Below are positions 28,654 to 38,648 of a stretch of 64,000 nucleotides of DNA, piece after piece. This DNA comes from Candidatus Latescibacterota bacterium. GTDB taxonomy: Bacteria; Latescibacterota; UBA2968. The first letter of the stretch is position 1, and each line of letters starts with the position of its first letter. The stretch is from NCBI GenBank assembly GCA_965207885.1, contig OZ242311.1, positions 928,001 to 992,000 on the forward strand. The letters are read 5' to 3'. The notes under the pieces were generated by a model. That model searched no databases. It saw only the letters and a list, made by a program, of their open reading frames with translations, and was not told the origin of the DNA. A program made the translations under genes and the position numbers.

Positions 28654-29451
28654 GTGTACGATAAATATTGGAATCTGACAGCATTGCCGTTTGAAAATGT
28701 GCCGAATCCGCGTTTTTTTTATTCTTCGAGAGATCACCAGAGAGCATTGTTGCAAATGTTTTACGCGATCAATAACCGCCTGGGGGCTGCCGTGCTCACG
28801 GGCGACACGGGCTGTGGCAAAACCGTTGTGAGTCGCATGCTCATCCAGGAACTGTCATCTGACAGGTATAAAATCGCACTTATGGATAGACCCGGTCTTT
28901 CGCCGGAAGACTTTCTGCGGGATATGCTCGGGCAATTGGGTGTTGAGGACCAATCGAACGGAAAATTGCAACGCGCACTTGAGGTTCAGGCTGTCAAAAG
29001 TGCCAATGCGGGCAAATATACGGTCGTCATTGTCGATGATGCCCATGCAATAGAAGACGGCAATACATTTGAAGCGTTGCAATCTCTGTTCAGCTTTCAA
29101 CGCAATGGGCGTTTTTTTCTCACCCTTCTCCTCGTTGGACAGGCAGGTCTCGAGGAACGGGTCGCGGGCGTTGAGGCATTGGGACAACAGGTCGCGCGGC
29201 AATATCACCTCGCACCGCTCAAGCGCGAAGAAACCCTGTCTTATGTGCAAACACGTCTGGAAAAAGCGGGAGCCGATCGGTCCTTGTTCGACGAGGACGC
29301 GCTCGACGCGCTCTATCAAGCGTCCAATGGTGTTCCGCGAGATATAAACAATATTTGCGATATTGCCCTGTTGCTCGGTTCTGATGCCAAGGTCAAAACC
29401 GTCGGGGAGGAACAGATAGAGAAAGCTGTTTACGCAGTTAATAATTTGTAG
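28654..29451 (+). CDS. ExeA/GspA-family AAA ATPase
   Basis: PFENVPNPRFFY, TGDTGCGKT, IVDDAH, LLVGQ, GVPRDINNICD. Confidence 0.85.
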   Translation: MYDKYWNLTALPFENVPNPRFFYSSRDHQRALLQMFYAINNRLGAAVLTGDTGCGKTVVSRMLIQELSSDRYKIALMDRPGLSPEDFLRDMLGQLGVEDQSNGKLQRALEVQAVKSANAGKYTVVIVDDAHAIEDGNTFEALQSLFSFQRNGRFFLTLLLVGQAGLEERVAGVEALGQQVARQYHLAPLKREETLSYVQTRLEKAGADRSLFDEDALDALYQASNGVPRDINNICDIALLLGSDAKVKTVGEEQIEKAVYAVNNL

Positions 29452-29468
29452 TGAAAACGGAGGCCATT

Positions 29469-30221
29469 ATGACACCGGAAGAGAAATTTCGATTTGATTT
29501 GCAGGGGTTTTTGGTTGTTAAAGATGTGTTGAGCGCAGATGAGGTGGATGCGCTGAATAAGTTGGCTGATGAGGTATGGGCTGATCCTGCCGACGAAAAA
29601 GATGGGCACCGCCGCACGAGTCGCGTTTCGATGTGGGGTCCAGAGACGCAGGCGTTGTTTGATCACCCCAATGCGTTGCCGTATATGATTGAGTTGTTGG
29701 GACCGACATTTCGCGTGGATCACGATTATTCCATTTTTATGAAGAAGGGCGCGAGGCGCGGGCGATTGCACGGAGGGCCATCATTGCAGGCGGGTGTGCC
29801 GGGCGATCATTGGTACAAATACCACGATGGTGTGATGCGCAATGGGTTGACGGTGTTTACGTATAATCTCGCGCCCGCGCGCAAAGGGGATGGCGGCTTT
29901 GCATGTGTTCCCGGGTCGCATAAGAGCAATTTTGTCAGTATTCCCAGCGATGTGCGCAATTTTGATCGACCGGCGCACTATGTACATCAGCCCGAAGCAG
30001 AAGCCGGGGATATGATCATTTTTACAGAGGCACTGGTGCATGGAACAATGCCATGGGAGGGCGAGCACGAGCGCCGTTCATTGCTGTATAAATTTAGCCC
30101 GGGACATTCGGCGTGGGCACAGAATTATTACAATCCAGACGATTATCCCAATGTGACAGATCAGCAGCGACGGATCATGGAGCCGCCATCAATTGGCGGG
30201 CGGCAACCAGTGGTGATGTGA
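29469..30221 (+). CDS. PhyH-family Fe(II)/2OG enzyme 1 (HxG variant)
   Basis: FRFDLQGFLVV, RLHGG, GGFACVPGSHK, FTEALVHG, ERRSLLY. Confidence 0.85.
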   Translation: MTPEEKFRFDLQGFLVVKDVLSADEVDALNKLADEVWADPADEKDGHRRTSRVSMWGPETQALFDHPNALPYMIELLGPTFRVDHDYSIFMKKGARRGRLHGGPSLQAGVPGDHWYKYHDGVMRNGLTVFTYNLAPARKGDGGFACVPGSHKSNFVSIPSDVRNFDRPAHYVHQPEAEAGDMIIFTEALVHGTMPWEGEHERRSLLYKFSPGHSAWAQNYYNPDDYPNVTDQQRRIMEPPSIGGRQPVVM

Positions 30222-30238
30222 TCGGAAAGGAAATATCT

Positions 30239-31195
30239 ATGGGGCTTACAGCAGAGGAAGTTCGACAGTTCAAAGAGCTTGGTTATGTGGTTAAAGAATC
30301 CATTTATTCTTCGGACGATTTGCAACTTTTGAAGGATGGGTTGACAGGCGCGGTTCAGGAGAAGTGCGATGAGTTGATTGCCGCTGGCGAGCTGGATCGC
30401 GATTTTGCCGAGGAGCCATTTGAGACGCGGCTGACCAGGCTTAACCGATACAACCCGGAGGCCGCTCACAAGGTGTTGATGTCGATCTGGTCGGGTAGGT
30501 TTCACGGGCCGGGGATTTTGAAGGCGTTGCGGCATCGGCCATTGATTGCGTGTATTGAGGATATTATTGGTCCCGATATCGTCGGTACGTCGATCTATCG
30601 CATACGTCCCAAGGTGCCGGGCTATTCGCGCGGGGAGGTGCCGTGGCATCAGGATGCGGGTTATTCAATGGCGCATTGTTACGAGTATTTGATGGTGACG
30701 TGCTGGGTACCGCTGGTGGATGCGACACTGGATAATGGGTGTTTGTGGGTGATTCCGAAGGTGCAGGATAAGGGGATTATCCGACATTATACGGGTGGAC
30801 ACGCGGGCTTTTTGGAAATTGCACCTGAAAGTGTTCCCGAGGGTGCGATACCCGTGGAGATGTCGGCAGGGTCGGTTTTGTTTTTGACGAATCTGACGCC
30901 GCATGCTTCGTTTGAAAACAAGACCGATATTGTGCGGTGGAGTATGGATCTGCGATATCAGGATTTTAGCGTGCCGAGCAATATCGGCGAGGTGCCCGAA
31001 GATTATATGCCAGAACGCGAGCCAGTGACGATGGCATGCCATCCAGGCGAGGCGTATTTTGTGATTCAGGATACGCAAAATCCCGAGCGAGAGATGCGAG
31101 ATCCCGGGGCTTTTGCCACGTTGCGAAAAGAGTGGGATAGAAAGAAGGTTCACGCCCCGGGGCGCGGTTGGACGCCACTAAATGAACGCCGTTAA
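30239..31195 (+). CDS. PhyH-family Fe(II)/2OG dioxygenase 2 (HxD)
   Basis: PWHQDAG, WVPLVDATLDNGCL, TPHAS, RWSMDLRY; start MGLTAEE. Confidence 0.87.
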   Translation: MGLTAEEVRQFKELGYVVKESIYSSDDLQLLKDGLTGAVQEKCDELIAAGELDRDFAEEPFETRLTRLNRYNPEAAHKVLMSIWSGRFHGPGILKALRHRPLIACIEDIIGPDIVGTSIYRIRPKVPGYSRGEVPWHQDAGYSMAHCYEYLMVTCWVPLVDATLDNGCLWVIPKVQDKGIIRHYTGGHAGFLEIAPESVPEGAIPVEMSAGSVLFLTNLTPHASFENKTDIVRWSMDLRYQDFSVPSNIGEVPEDYMPEREPVTMACHPGEAYFVIQDTQNPEREMRDPGAFATLRKEWDRKKVHAPGRGWTPLNERR

Positions 31196-31209
31196 ATATG
31201 GAGAATTAC

Positions 31210-32292
31210 ATGGGTGAAGTGACTTATCGGGTTGAGAAATTGCACGGCAGGCCAATTGTCGATGGAAGTGATGTGCGGCGGCTCAAGATTGGAGCTGATC
31301 CCAACCGGCCGAGATTGCGCGGCGACGCGATGTTTCCCACGGTGGTGCGGATTCCCGATTGGGTGCCTGCGGAAGATCGGGCACATCCGGATGCGAATTA
31401 CTATCTCTATTTTGCGTCGCATCACGGGACGAGTATTCACATGGCGTGGTCAGATCGGGTGGATTCGGCGGATTGGACGATTTTTAATGCCGGTCGGTTG
31501 GATGATCCGCGTTTTCCAGGGCGCGGGGTGTTTGATTTGCGGCTGGGCAATGAGACTGAGACGATTGATGTGGTGGATGGTATTGTGTTGAAGGGGCATG
31601 TGTCGTCTCCCGAGGTGATTGTGGATGAGGATAGTCGGCAGTTTATCATGGTGGTTCACGGGAGCAGCAATGATGGCCAGCGTTCATTTGTGGCGACGTC
31701 GAAGTCCGGATTGAATTTTAACCGTCCCGAAGTGGGTGGCGAAGAAGGCGGCGGATTGAAACGGTTGAAATTTGCGGATCGAAATTATCTGCGCGTGTTT
31801 ACCTACCATGGCGATTGGTACGGTTTTGCACAGCGCGGATTTTTTTTAGAGCCAGCTGTTCCCGAATGTCCGTGGGATGCGCCAGTGGGTTGGAATACGA
31901 GCGATCCTCTGTGGGTGTCTGCTGAATCGTCGCCTATTGAGGATGATCTCGTCGCCGATGGGTTGGCGGGCGATCATCTTCCCAATGGGGGTTTGGGATT
32001 GCGCCACGGATGTGTGCGGGTGATGGGGGATGGCGAGACGCTGGAGGTGTTTTACAGCCGGAAATGGGAGGAGCCGGAATATATTATGCGTTCGACTGTG
32101 GATTTGAGCGCGGGCGATTGGCAGGCGTGGCAGACGAGTTATCCCCCCGAAGATATGGTCCGCGCCGAGGAGGATTGGGAGGGGGATGTGGTGCATGATT
32201 CCTATGCGTTCAAAGAAGATGGGCAGTTGTATTTGTTTTATACCTGCTGGGAAGAGGATGCGATTGCCGTGGCGAAGCTGTACCGTGAATAA
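31210..32292 (+). CDS. Hypothetical beta-propeller protein (glycoside hydrolase GH43/GH130-like fold suspected)
   Basis: YYLYFASHHG, HVSSPEV, LRHGCV, VHDSYAFKEDGQLYLFY blade-type motifs. Confidence 0.55.
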   Translation: MGEVTYRVEKLHGRPIVDGSDVRRLKIGADPNRPRLRGDAMFPTVVRIPDWVPAEDRAHPDANYYLYFASHHGTSIHMAWSDRVDSADWTIFNAGRLDDPRFPGRGVFDLRLGNETETIDVVDGIVLKGHVSSPEVIVDEDSRQFIMVVHGSSNDGQRSFVATSKSGLNFNRPEVGGEEGGGLKRLKFADRNYLRVFTYHGDWYGFAQRGFFLEPAVPECPWDAPVGWNTSDPLWVSAESSPIEDDLVADGLAGDHLPNGGLGLRHGCVRVMGDGETLEVFYSRKWEEPEYIMRSTVDLSAGDWQAWQTSYPPEDMVRAEEDWEGDVVHDSYAFKEDGQLYLFYTCWEEDAIAVAKLYRE

Positions 32293-32349
32293 CAGGAAGA
32301 TTGTATGGTACGATTTGAAGCAGCGTGGGAATCTTGACAGCAGTACAAT

Positions 32350-32392
32350 TGCCCCCAGTGGTTTCGATTGGGTTCTGGGCACCCTGGGGGCA
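32350..32392. other. Intergenic hairpin
   Basis: TGCCCCCAG...CTGGGGGCA 9-bp stem upstream of PhyH 3. Confidence 0.45.
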
Positions 32393-32420
32393 TTCGCGTT
32401 AATAAATAAGGAGAAAAAAT

Positions 32421-33257
32421 ATGGTACCCTCACCTACTGAATGGGAGGACTATCTTTTTGATCTTCAGGGATTTCTCGTTCTGAAGGATGTCGTTTCTCC
32501 AGAATTGATTGCGGAGATTAATGAGACGGTTGATCACTGGGTTGGTTTACACGAGGCTGGACACAAATGGATCGGCCATGTTCGCGGTAGCGATCCCGAA
32601 CCCGTACAGGGTCCCGATATCAAGTTTGCCAATATTATTGAGGGGGGACCAGCTTTTGAGGCGTTGATCGATAATCCCAACTGGCTCGAGTACGTGAAGC
32701 GCTATGTCGATAATGATGGGTTATACATCTGGGCTAACCATTTGTCTGTCAGTCGAAAAGGCAGCTATGTACCTGTTCATTCCGGCGGGCACAACAAGAG
32801 TTATCGCACCAGTTTTCGATATCATAACGATAATTTCTATTGTGGCAATTTCAATGTTTTGCTCGCGCTGAACGATATTGGTCCAGGAGATGGCGGTACT
32901 ATGATTGTGCCTGGATCGCATAAATGCAATGTGGTTAATCCTCTGGTTTTTGAGCAGGAGAATGGGCGACATAAGAATGTGGTTGAGCAGACGAAACTGA
33001 CGCCCTATTTAAAGGAAATGCACCTCAATGCAGGCGACGCTGTTATTTTTACCGATGCCTGTACACACGGTGCCAGTGTGCGGACCAATGACGGCGAGCG
33101 CAGGATACTGATCTACCGATATACTGCATTTTGGATGAAAAATGCTACTGGTTTTGAGCCGTCAGAAGAATTGCTCGCCAGGCTTACACCCGAGCGCAGA
33201 AAAATTGTGCGGCCCGTTGTGCCGATAAGACCGCCTGTTCAATCTGTGACTGCATGA
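32421..33257 (+). CDS. PhyH-family Fe(II)/2OG enzyme 3 (HxG variant)
   Basis: YLFDLQGFL, PVHSGG, GGTMIVPGSHK, FTDACTHG, ERRILIYRY. Confidence 0.85.
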   Translation: MVPSPTEWEDYLFDLQGFLVLKDVVSPELIAEINETVDHWVGLHEAGHKWIGHVRGSDPEPVQGPDIKFANIIEGGPAFEALIDNPNWLEYVKRYVDNDGLYIWANHLSVSRKGSYVPVHSGGHNKSYRTSFRYHNDNFYCGNFNVLLALNDIGPGDGGTMIVPGSHKCNVVNPLVFEQENGRHKNVVEQTKLTPYLKEMHLNAGDAVIFTDACTHGASVRTNDGERRILIYRYTAFWMKNATGFEPSEELLARLTPERRKIVRPVVPIRPPVQSVTA

Positions 33258-33277
33258 GTTAAAGAAGGGATGGGAAT

Positions 33278-34138
33278 ATGATATCGACACCGAATGAATG
33301 GGATGATTATCGATTTGATCTTGAGGGTTTTCTCATTTTAAAGAATGCTGTGCAGCCGGAACTCATTGCCGAGATCAATGAGAAGGTTGATGAATGGCTT
33401 GTTTTGAGCGACGCTGGTGAGGAATGGTTGGGTAATGTTCATGTTGTGAAGAATGAAAGTACCAATAGTCACAGTGTGAGTTTCAGGAATGTTATCGAAG
33501 GGGGTTCGTGTTTTGAGGCGTTGATCGACAATCCCAACTGGATTGAGTTTGTCAAGCGGTACGTGGATAACCACGGTTTGCATATTTGGATGAATTTTCT
33601 TCCGATCATCCGTCGTGGGAGCCATGTGAGGTTGCATGCTGGCGGTCACAATAAGATGTATCGCACGAGTTTTGAATATCACGACAATAAATTTTTCTGT
33701 GGCAATTTGAACATTCTCCTGGCACTGAATGATATTGGTCCAGGGGATGGTGGGACACTGGTCGTTCCCGGGTCCCATAAGTCCAATATTCCAAATCCGC
33801 TGGTGCATCAGAAAAGGCAGGGCAGGAAGGATTATGTTCTCGAGCCTGGTGATATGGCTCCCCTTCTCAAGGAGGTGCATCTCAAGGCGGGAGATGCCGT
33901 TGTGTTTACAGATGCACTTATTCACGGTGCCAGCGTGAGGACCAATGAAGGGGAACGCCGCGCATTGATTTATCGGTATTCGTCTTTTTGGACCAGGGAT
34001 CGTTTGGGGTATGAATACTCTGATGAGTTGGTGGCGAGATTAACGCCTGCACGGCGAAAGATTATTCGGCCTATTGAGCTATCAAAACCACCGATTACGC
34101 AGATGGATGCTGGTCATTTAGCGCCTGTATCGTTTTGA
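33278..34138 (+). CDS. PhyH-family Fe(II)/2OG enzyme 4 (HxG variant; tandem paralogue of 3)
   Basis: YRFDLEGFL, RLHAGG, VPGSHK, FTDALIHG; shares FEALIDNPNW and LLALNDIGPGDGG with enzyme 3. Confidence 0.85.
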   Translation: MISTPNEWDDYRFDLEGFLILKNAVQPELIAEINEKVDEWLVLSDAGEEWLGNVHVVKNESTNSHSVSFRNVIEGGSCFEALIDNPNWIEFVKRYVDNHGLHIWMNFLPIIRRGSHVRLHAGGHNKMYRTSFEYHDNKFFCGNLNILLALNDIGPGDGGTLVVPGSHKSNIPNPLVHQKRQGRKDYVLEPGDMAPLLKEVHLKAGDAVVFTDALIHGASVRTNEGERRALIYRYSSFWTRDRLGYEYSDELVARLTPARRKIIRPIELSKPPITQMDAGHLAPVSF

Positions 34139-34201
34139 TTCGCAGGTACGAAGGCAAAGCTGGGAAGTACGCCGGAAGAGTGCCCATAAGGAGATAACCC
34201 G

Positions 34202-35086
34202 ATGATGACAGATCAGGAAAAGTACCTGTTCGATCTGAACGGCTATCTGGTCGTGGAAGATGTGCTGACGCCCGAACAGGTGCATGCGATGAACGAAGCG
34301 ATCGATCACAATCGCGAGTATATCCGCATTCGCAATCATGACAGTCTGTCCGGAGCGGCTGACCGTCACGGCGGGAAGGCTTCGGACGCCCTGGCTGGCG
34401 AACACGGTCGAGGGGATATGAAGGGTTTTCTGAATTGGCCGAAGCCGTGGTGCGAGCCGTTTCGGGACTTGCTGATTCATCCCGCGATTTTGCGCTATAT
34501 GGTTGACCTTCTGGGTGATGATTTTCGGTATTCGAATGCCAATGGAATTACGATGACGGCAGGCAATGAAGGCCACGTCTTCCACGGAGGTGGGGCTCCC
34601 ATGCGGCATCACTCCTTCTACCGGTTTCAGGATGGCAGGATGTGGAATGGTCTCACAGCAGTGTGCTATCAGCTCGCCGATGTAAATCCGGGTGATGGCG
34701 GATTTGCGTGCCTTCCAGGAAGCCATAAGTCCAACTATTCCTGTCCAAGAGAAATCCGTCGCCTGGAAGCCGCGATGGATAACGTACGTCATATTCCGGT
34801 CAGGGCGGGATCTGCGATTATCTTCACCGAAGCACTGATGCACGGTGCCCTGCCTTGGAAGGCTTCACACGAGCGCCGAACGCTTCTTTACCGCTATATT
34901 CCGGCATGTATGGCCTATGGAAGAAAGTATGAGCCGGACGAATATGAGTCCTTCGCAGATGAACTTTCACCTCTCCATCGTGCCCTTATCGAGCCGCCCT
35001 ATTACAGCGGGCGCCAAAGCATTGCGGAATTGCTCGAAGCAGAGGATGAACCGGAGCCTTCCGAGACGCAGGTGAATCATGGTTGA
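34202..35086 (+). CDS. PhyH-family Fe(II)/2OG enzyme 5 (HxG variant)
   Basis: YLFDLNGYL, VFHGGG, GGFACLPGSHK, FTEALMHG, ERRTLLYRY. Confidence 0.85.
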   Translation: MMTDQEKYLFDLNGYLVVEDVLTPEQVHAMNEAIDHNREYIRIRNHDSLSGAADRHGGKASDALAGEHGRGDMKGFLNWPKPWCEPFRDLLIHPAILRYMVDLLGDDFRYSNANGITMTAGNEGHVFHGGGAPMRHHSFYRFQDGRMWNGLTAVCYQLADVNPGDGGFACLPGSHKSNYSCPREIRRLEAAMDNVRHIPVRAGSAIIFTEALMHGALPWKASHERRTLLYRYIPACMAYGRKYEPDEYESFADELSPLHRALIEPPYYSGRQSIAELLEAEDEPEPSETQVNHG

Positions 35087-35798
35087 TGAATATCTAAAGG
35101 AAGAAAAAGACACTCGGATTCGGATCGCTGTATATGAGGGCGAAGGTGCTGGTCCAAGTTGCGCGGAACTTCTCGAAGTGCTCGGCAAGGCAAAGGGAAA
35201 GCCGGATTTCGAGATTTTCAGGATGGACGCTCTGGCAATTCGTGGGGGTAAGCTCTCGGAGGTGGATGTTCTCATCCAACCCGGTGGTAGCGGAGGAAAG
35301 CAGGGGCGTGCCCTGAAATCAAAGGGAAGAGAAGCAGTGCGGGAATTTGTAAAAGAGGGAGGCGGTTTTATCGGGATCTGTGCCGGAGCCTATCTTGCGA
35401 CCAATGACTACCCGTGGTCTCTCGACTTGATAGATGCAAAGGTGATAGACCGAGAACACTGGGCGCGGGGCACTGGCATTGTGACGATTGAACTGTCTTT
35501 GGCTGCCCAGGATTTTTTTGGGATTGAGGAGAAAACTCTTCAGATTTTCTATGGTCAGGGACCGCTGATAGGGCGCCGTGAATCGGATGATCCACTCGTT
35601 CCGGATTACGAAAGTCTTGCTCTATACCGCACTGAGATCGCAAAAAAAGGTGCGCCCAAAGGCGTTATGCCAGGCACTTCAGCCATCGTTCGCACGCAGT
35701 TTGAAAAAGGCCGTGTGTTTTGTTTTAGCGCGCATCCCGAAAAGACAGACGCACTGGGTTATCTGGTGGAAAAGGCGGTAAGATGGGCGGCTAGGTGA
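35079..35798 (+). CDS. BPL_N-type class I glutamine amidotransferase-like protein
   Basis: IAVYEGEG, LIQPGG, GGFIGICAGAY (nucleophile elbow), SAHPE. Confidence 0.75.
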   Translation: MVDEYLKEEKDTRIRIAVYEGEGAGPSCAELLEVLGKAKGKPDFEIFRMDALAIRGGKLSEVDVLIQPGGSGGKQGRALKSKGREAVREFVKEGGGFIGICAGAYLATNDYPWSLDLIDAKVIDREHWARGTGIVTIELSLAAQDFFGIEEKTLQIFYGQGPLIGRRESDDPLVPDYESLALYRTEIAKKGAPKGVMPGTSAIVRTQFEKGRVFCFSAHPEKTDALGYLVEKAVRWAAR

Positions 35799-35816
35799 AG
35801 GAATAAGGAGATCCGT

Positions 35817-37220
35817 ATGACATCACCCAATATTGTCTTTATTATCATATCAGACATGGGATGGCGCAATGTTGGCTTTCTGGGTTGTAAGACGCATGAG
35901 ACGCCGAATATCGATCGCCTTGCTCACGGTGGCATGATTTTTCCGCAGACGTATTCTTGTGGGCCTAATTGCGCGCCTTCCCGTGCCAGTATTATGTCGG
36001 GCATGTACACACCTCGTCATGAGATCTATACACCTGGTGGTGCATCTAAAGGCGATGTTCGTCTGATGAAATTGATAACGCCTGCTCGCGATGCCGATTT
36101 AGAACGCTTTCCTTCTAAATATCCAATAGCCCTCAAGCCCGATGTCACTTGCATACCACAAGTGCTCAAATCTGCGGGATATACTTGTGGTTCTATCGGC
36201 AAATGGCAACTTGGCAATGATCCTGAAGCGGGACCCATATCTAAAGGCTTTGACCACAACGTTGGTGGTCACCAGCGCATGGGACGCCATTTTAGTCCTT
36301 ATAAAAATCCTGCTATGCGCGATGGTCCCGAAGGTGAGTATCTCACAGATCGGCTGACCGACGAAGCGGTTCAATTTATTCAAGACAATCGGGATGGCCC
36401 TTTTTTTTTATATCTCGCCCACTGGGCACTGCACGCCCCCATTTTAGCCAAAGCTGGTAAAATTGCCGCCTACGAAAAAGTCGGGCATCCCAACCCGCCT
36501 TATGGTGCCATGGTTGAAAGCGTTGATGAAAGCGTAGGGCGCGTGATGCAAACGCTCGACGATCTTGATCTTGCAGACAATACTCTTGTCATCTTCTCAG
36601 CCGATCATGGCGGCATAGCCAAATACACCAATATGGATCCGTTACGCGGTGGCAAAGGCGCGCTTTACGAAGGCGGTATCCGCGTATCTACCTGCATGCG
36701 TTGGCCCGGTGTCATTCCTGCGGGCACGACATGCGATGTGCCGATCTACGGTATCGACTTTATGCCTACTCTGGCCGAAGTCACCTCTGGTACACTTCCT
36801 GAGCATCAACCTGTTGATGGTGAAAGCCTAATTCCTCTCTTTTCTGGCGCAACATCCCTTGAACGCGATACCCTGTACTGGCACTTCCCTCTGTATCTTG
36901 CGGGATCTGATTGCCAAAATATCACGCCCTTGCGGGGTGGTCGCGCAGGCCAGGGTACGGGTTGGCGCACTGTGCCTTCGGGAGCTATCCGCAAGGGTGA
37001 TTGGAAACTGATTGAGCAGTTTGACACCGGGAGTGTGGAACTTTACAATATTGCTCGTGATATTGGTGAAAAAAATGACCTTGCCACACGTCACACCGAA
37101 AAAGCCACTGAACTTTTGAAGGAGCTCAAAAATTGGCAACGCGATACAAAAGCCATTATCCCCAACGAACCCAATCCGTATTATGATATGGAGTACGAAC
37201 GCGCTGTTGCGCAACAATAG
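35817..37220 (+). CDS. Cys-type (formylglycine) sulfatase
   Basis: CAPSRASIMSG, GKWQLG, DHGG, GKGALYEGGIR. Confidence 0.92.
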   Translation: MTSPNIVFIIISDMGWRNVGFLGCKTHETPNIDRLAHGGMIFPQTYSCGPNCAPSRASIMSGMYTPRHEIYTPGGASKGDVRLMKLITPARDADLERFPSKYPIALKPDVTCIPQVLKSAGYTCGSIGKWQLGNDPEAGPISKGFDHNVGGHQRMGRHFSPYKNPAMRDGPEGEYLTDRLTDEAVQFIQDNRDGPFFLYLAHWALHAPILAKAGKIAAYEKVGHPNPPYGAMVESVDESVGRVMQTLDDLDLADNTLVIFSADHGGIAKYTNMDPLRGGKGALYEGGIRVSTCMRWPGVIPAGTTCDVPIYGIDFMPTLAEVTSGTLPEHQPVDGESLIPLFSGATSLERDTLYWHFPLYLAGSDCQNITPLRGGRAGQGTGWRTVPSGAIRKGDWKLIEQFDTGSVELYNIARDIGEKNDLATRHTEKATELLKELKNWQRDTKAIIPNEPNPYYDMEYERAVAQQ

Positions 37221-37247
37221 ATGGATATGACAAACAGGGAGAACGAA

Positions 37248-38636
37248 ATGAGTAAGCCAAACTTGCTGATTATTCACACCGATGAACACAATTTTCGCAC
37301 ATTAGGTTGTTATCGCGATTTGATGACTGAAGATCAGGCTTTTGTCTGGGGACCGGGCGTTAAAGTAGATACGCCTCATATTGATTCGCTCGCCCGGGAT
37401 GGCGCTATTTGCGACAGTTATTATTCGTCGTCGCCTGTTTGCTCGCCTTCGCGTGCATCTTTTGTTTCCGGTCTTTATCCGATTGCCACCGATGTGTATA
37501 AAAACGATATCCCCCTGAAAGAGGGGCTGATCACTTTTGCCGAGGTGCTCAAAAATCAAGGCTATGCCACCTCATATCTCGGCAAGTGGCATCTGGGTGG
37601 AGAAGCCAAGCCCGGTTTTGCGCCAGAGCACAAATTCGGTTTTGAGGACAATCGGTATATGTGGAACCGCGGTCACTGGAAGAAACTCGGGCTGAAAGAG
37701 GATGGCACGCCCTATGTTGCGGCGAGGAACAACAGGGGTGGACCTGCCAGCAGAGTAGATGGTGCCGACGAAAAATCGTTTACAACTGATTGGTTGACTA
37801 CCCGCACCCTGGAAATTATTGAGCGCGATCAGAATCAACCCTTTTGCATTATGGTCTCTATCCCGGATCCGCACGGACCAAACACGGTTCGCGCGCCCTA
37901 CGACACGATGTACAAAGACATGGTTTTTCAAAATCCGCGCACGATGGATTTTCCCGTGGAGAAAATGCCGAAATGGCACCGGTTTGGAGACAGGAATACG
38001 GCTCGTGAACTGAATCAGAGACAGATGCAGAGGTATTTTGGAATGGTCAAATGCATCGACGATAATGTGGGGCGCATTCTGGCAGATCTGGAAGCCGGGG
38101 GGCTGGATCAGAATACGATTGTGATTTTTACTGCCGATCATGGCGACCTGATGGGCGAACATAGACGCCACAACAAGGGGATGCCCTATGAGGGCAGTGC
38201 AAAGATTCCGTTTGTGATTCGCTGGCCTGGAAAGATCGCTCCGGGGAAAGTTGTGAATACCGCCTATACGACGGTTGATTTCGGTCCGACGATTCTGGGC
38301 ATTATGGGGATTGAGGAGGAGATTCCAAATGCCCACGGGTTAAATGATGCTGCGGCATTTCTCAGTGATGAAAAGGTGGTAGATGACGATCGTATTGTCT
38401 ATATGACTACTTCAACATCGCAGACCATTATGGCCGTTAACCGACGTTATAAACTGGTTCTCTCACAGGTTGATAATCCCTGGTTGTACGATCTGCATAA
38501 GGACCCGGATGAGCTGGTCAATGTATATTCCGATCCCGAATACAAAGAGATTGCTGAGAAATTTAAAGCTGAGTTGATTGCCCAGATGGAGCGCTACAAT
38601 GAGCCTGCATTACGCAAAGGCCGGCTCATTTATTAA
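37248..38636 (+). CDS. Cys-type sulfatase
   Basis: KPNLLIIHTDEH, CSPSRAS, GKWHLG, DPHGP, ADHGD. Confidence 0.92.
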   Translation: MSKPNLLIIHTDEHNFRTLGCYRDLMTEDQAFVWGPGVKVDTPHIDSLARDGAICDSYYSSSPVCSPSRASFVSGLYPIATDVYKNDIPLKEGLITFAEVLKNQGYATSYLGKWHLGGEAKPGFAPEHKFGFEDNRYMWNRGHWKKLGLKEDGTPYVAARNNRGGPASRVDGADEKSFTTDWLTTRTLEIIERDQNQPFCIMVSIPDPHGPNTVRAPYDTMYKDMVFQNPRTMDFPVEKMPKWHRFGDRNTARELNQRQMQRYFGMVKCIDDNVGRILADLEAGGLDQNTIVIFTADHGDLMGEHRRHNKGMPYEGSAKIPFVIRWPGKIAPGKVVNTAYTTVDFGPTILGIMGIEEEIPNAHGLNDAAAFLSDEKVVDDDRIVYMTTSTSQTIMAVNRRYKLVLSQVDNPWLYDLHKDPDELVNVYSDPEYKEIAEKFKAELIAQMERYNEPALRKGRLIY

Positions 38637-38648
38637 GTGGAGAAACCT

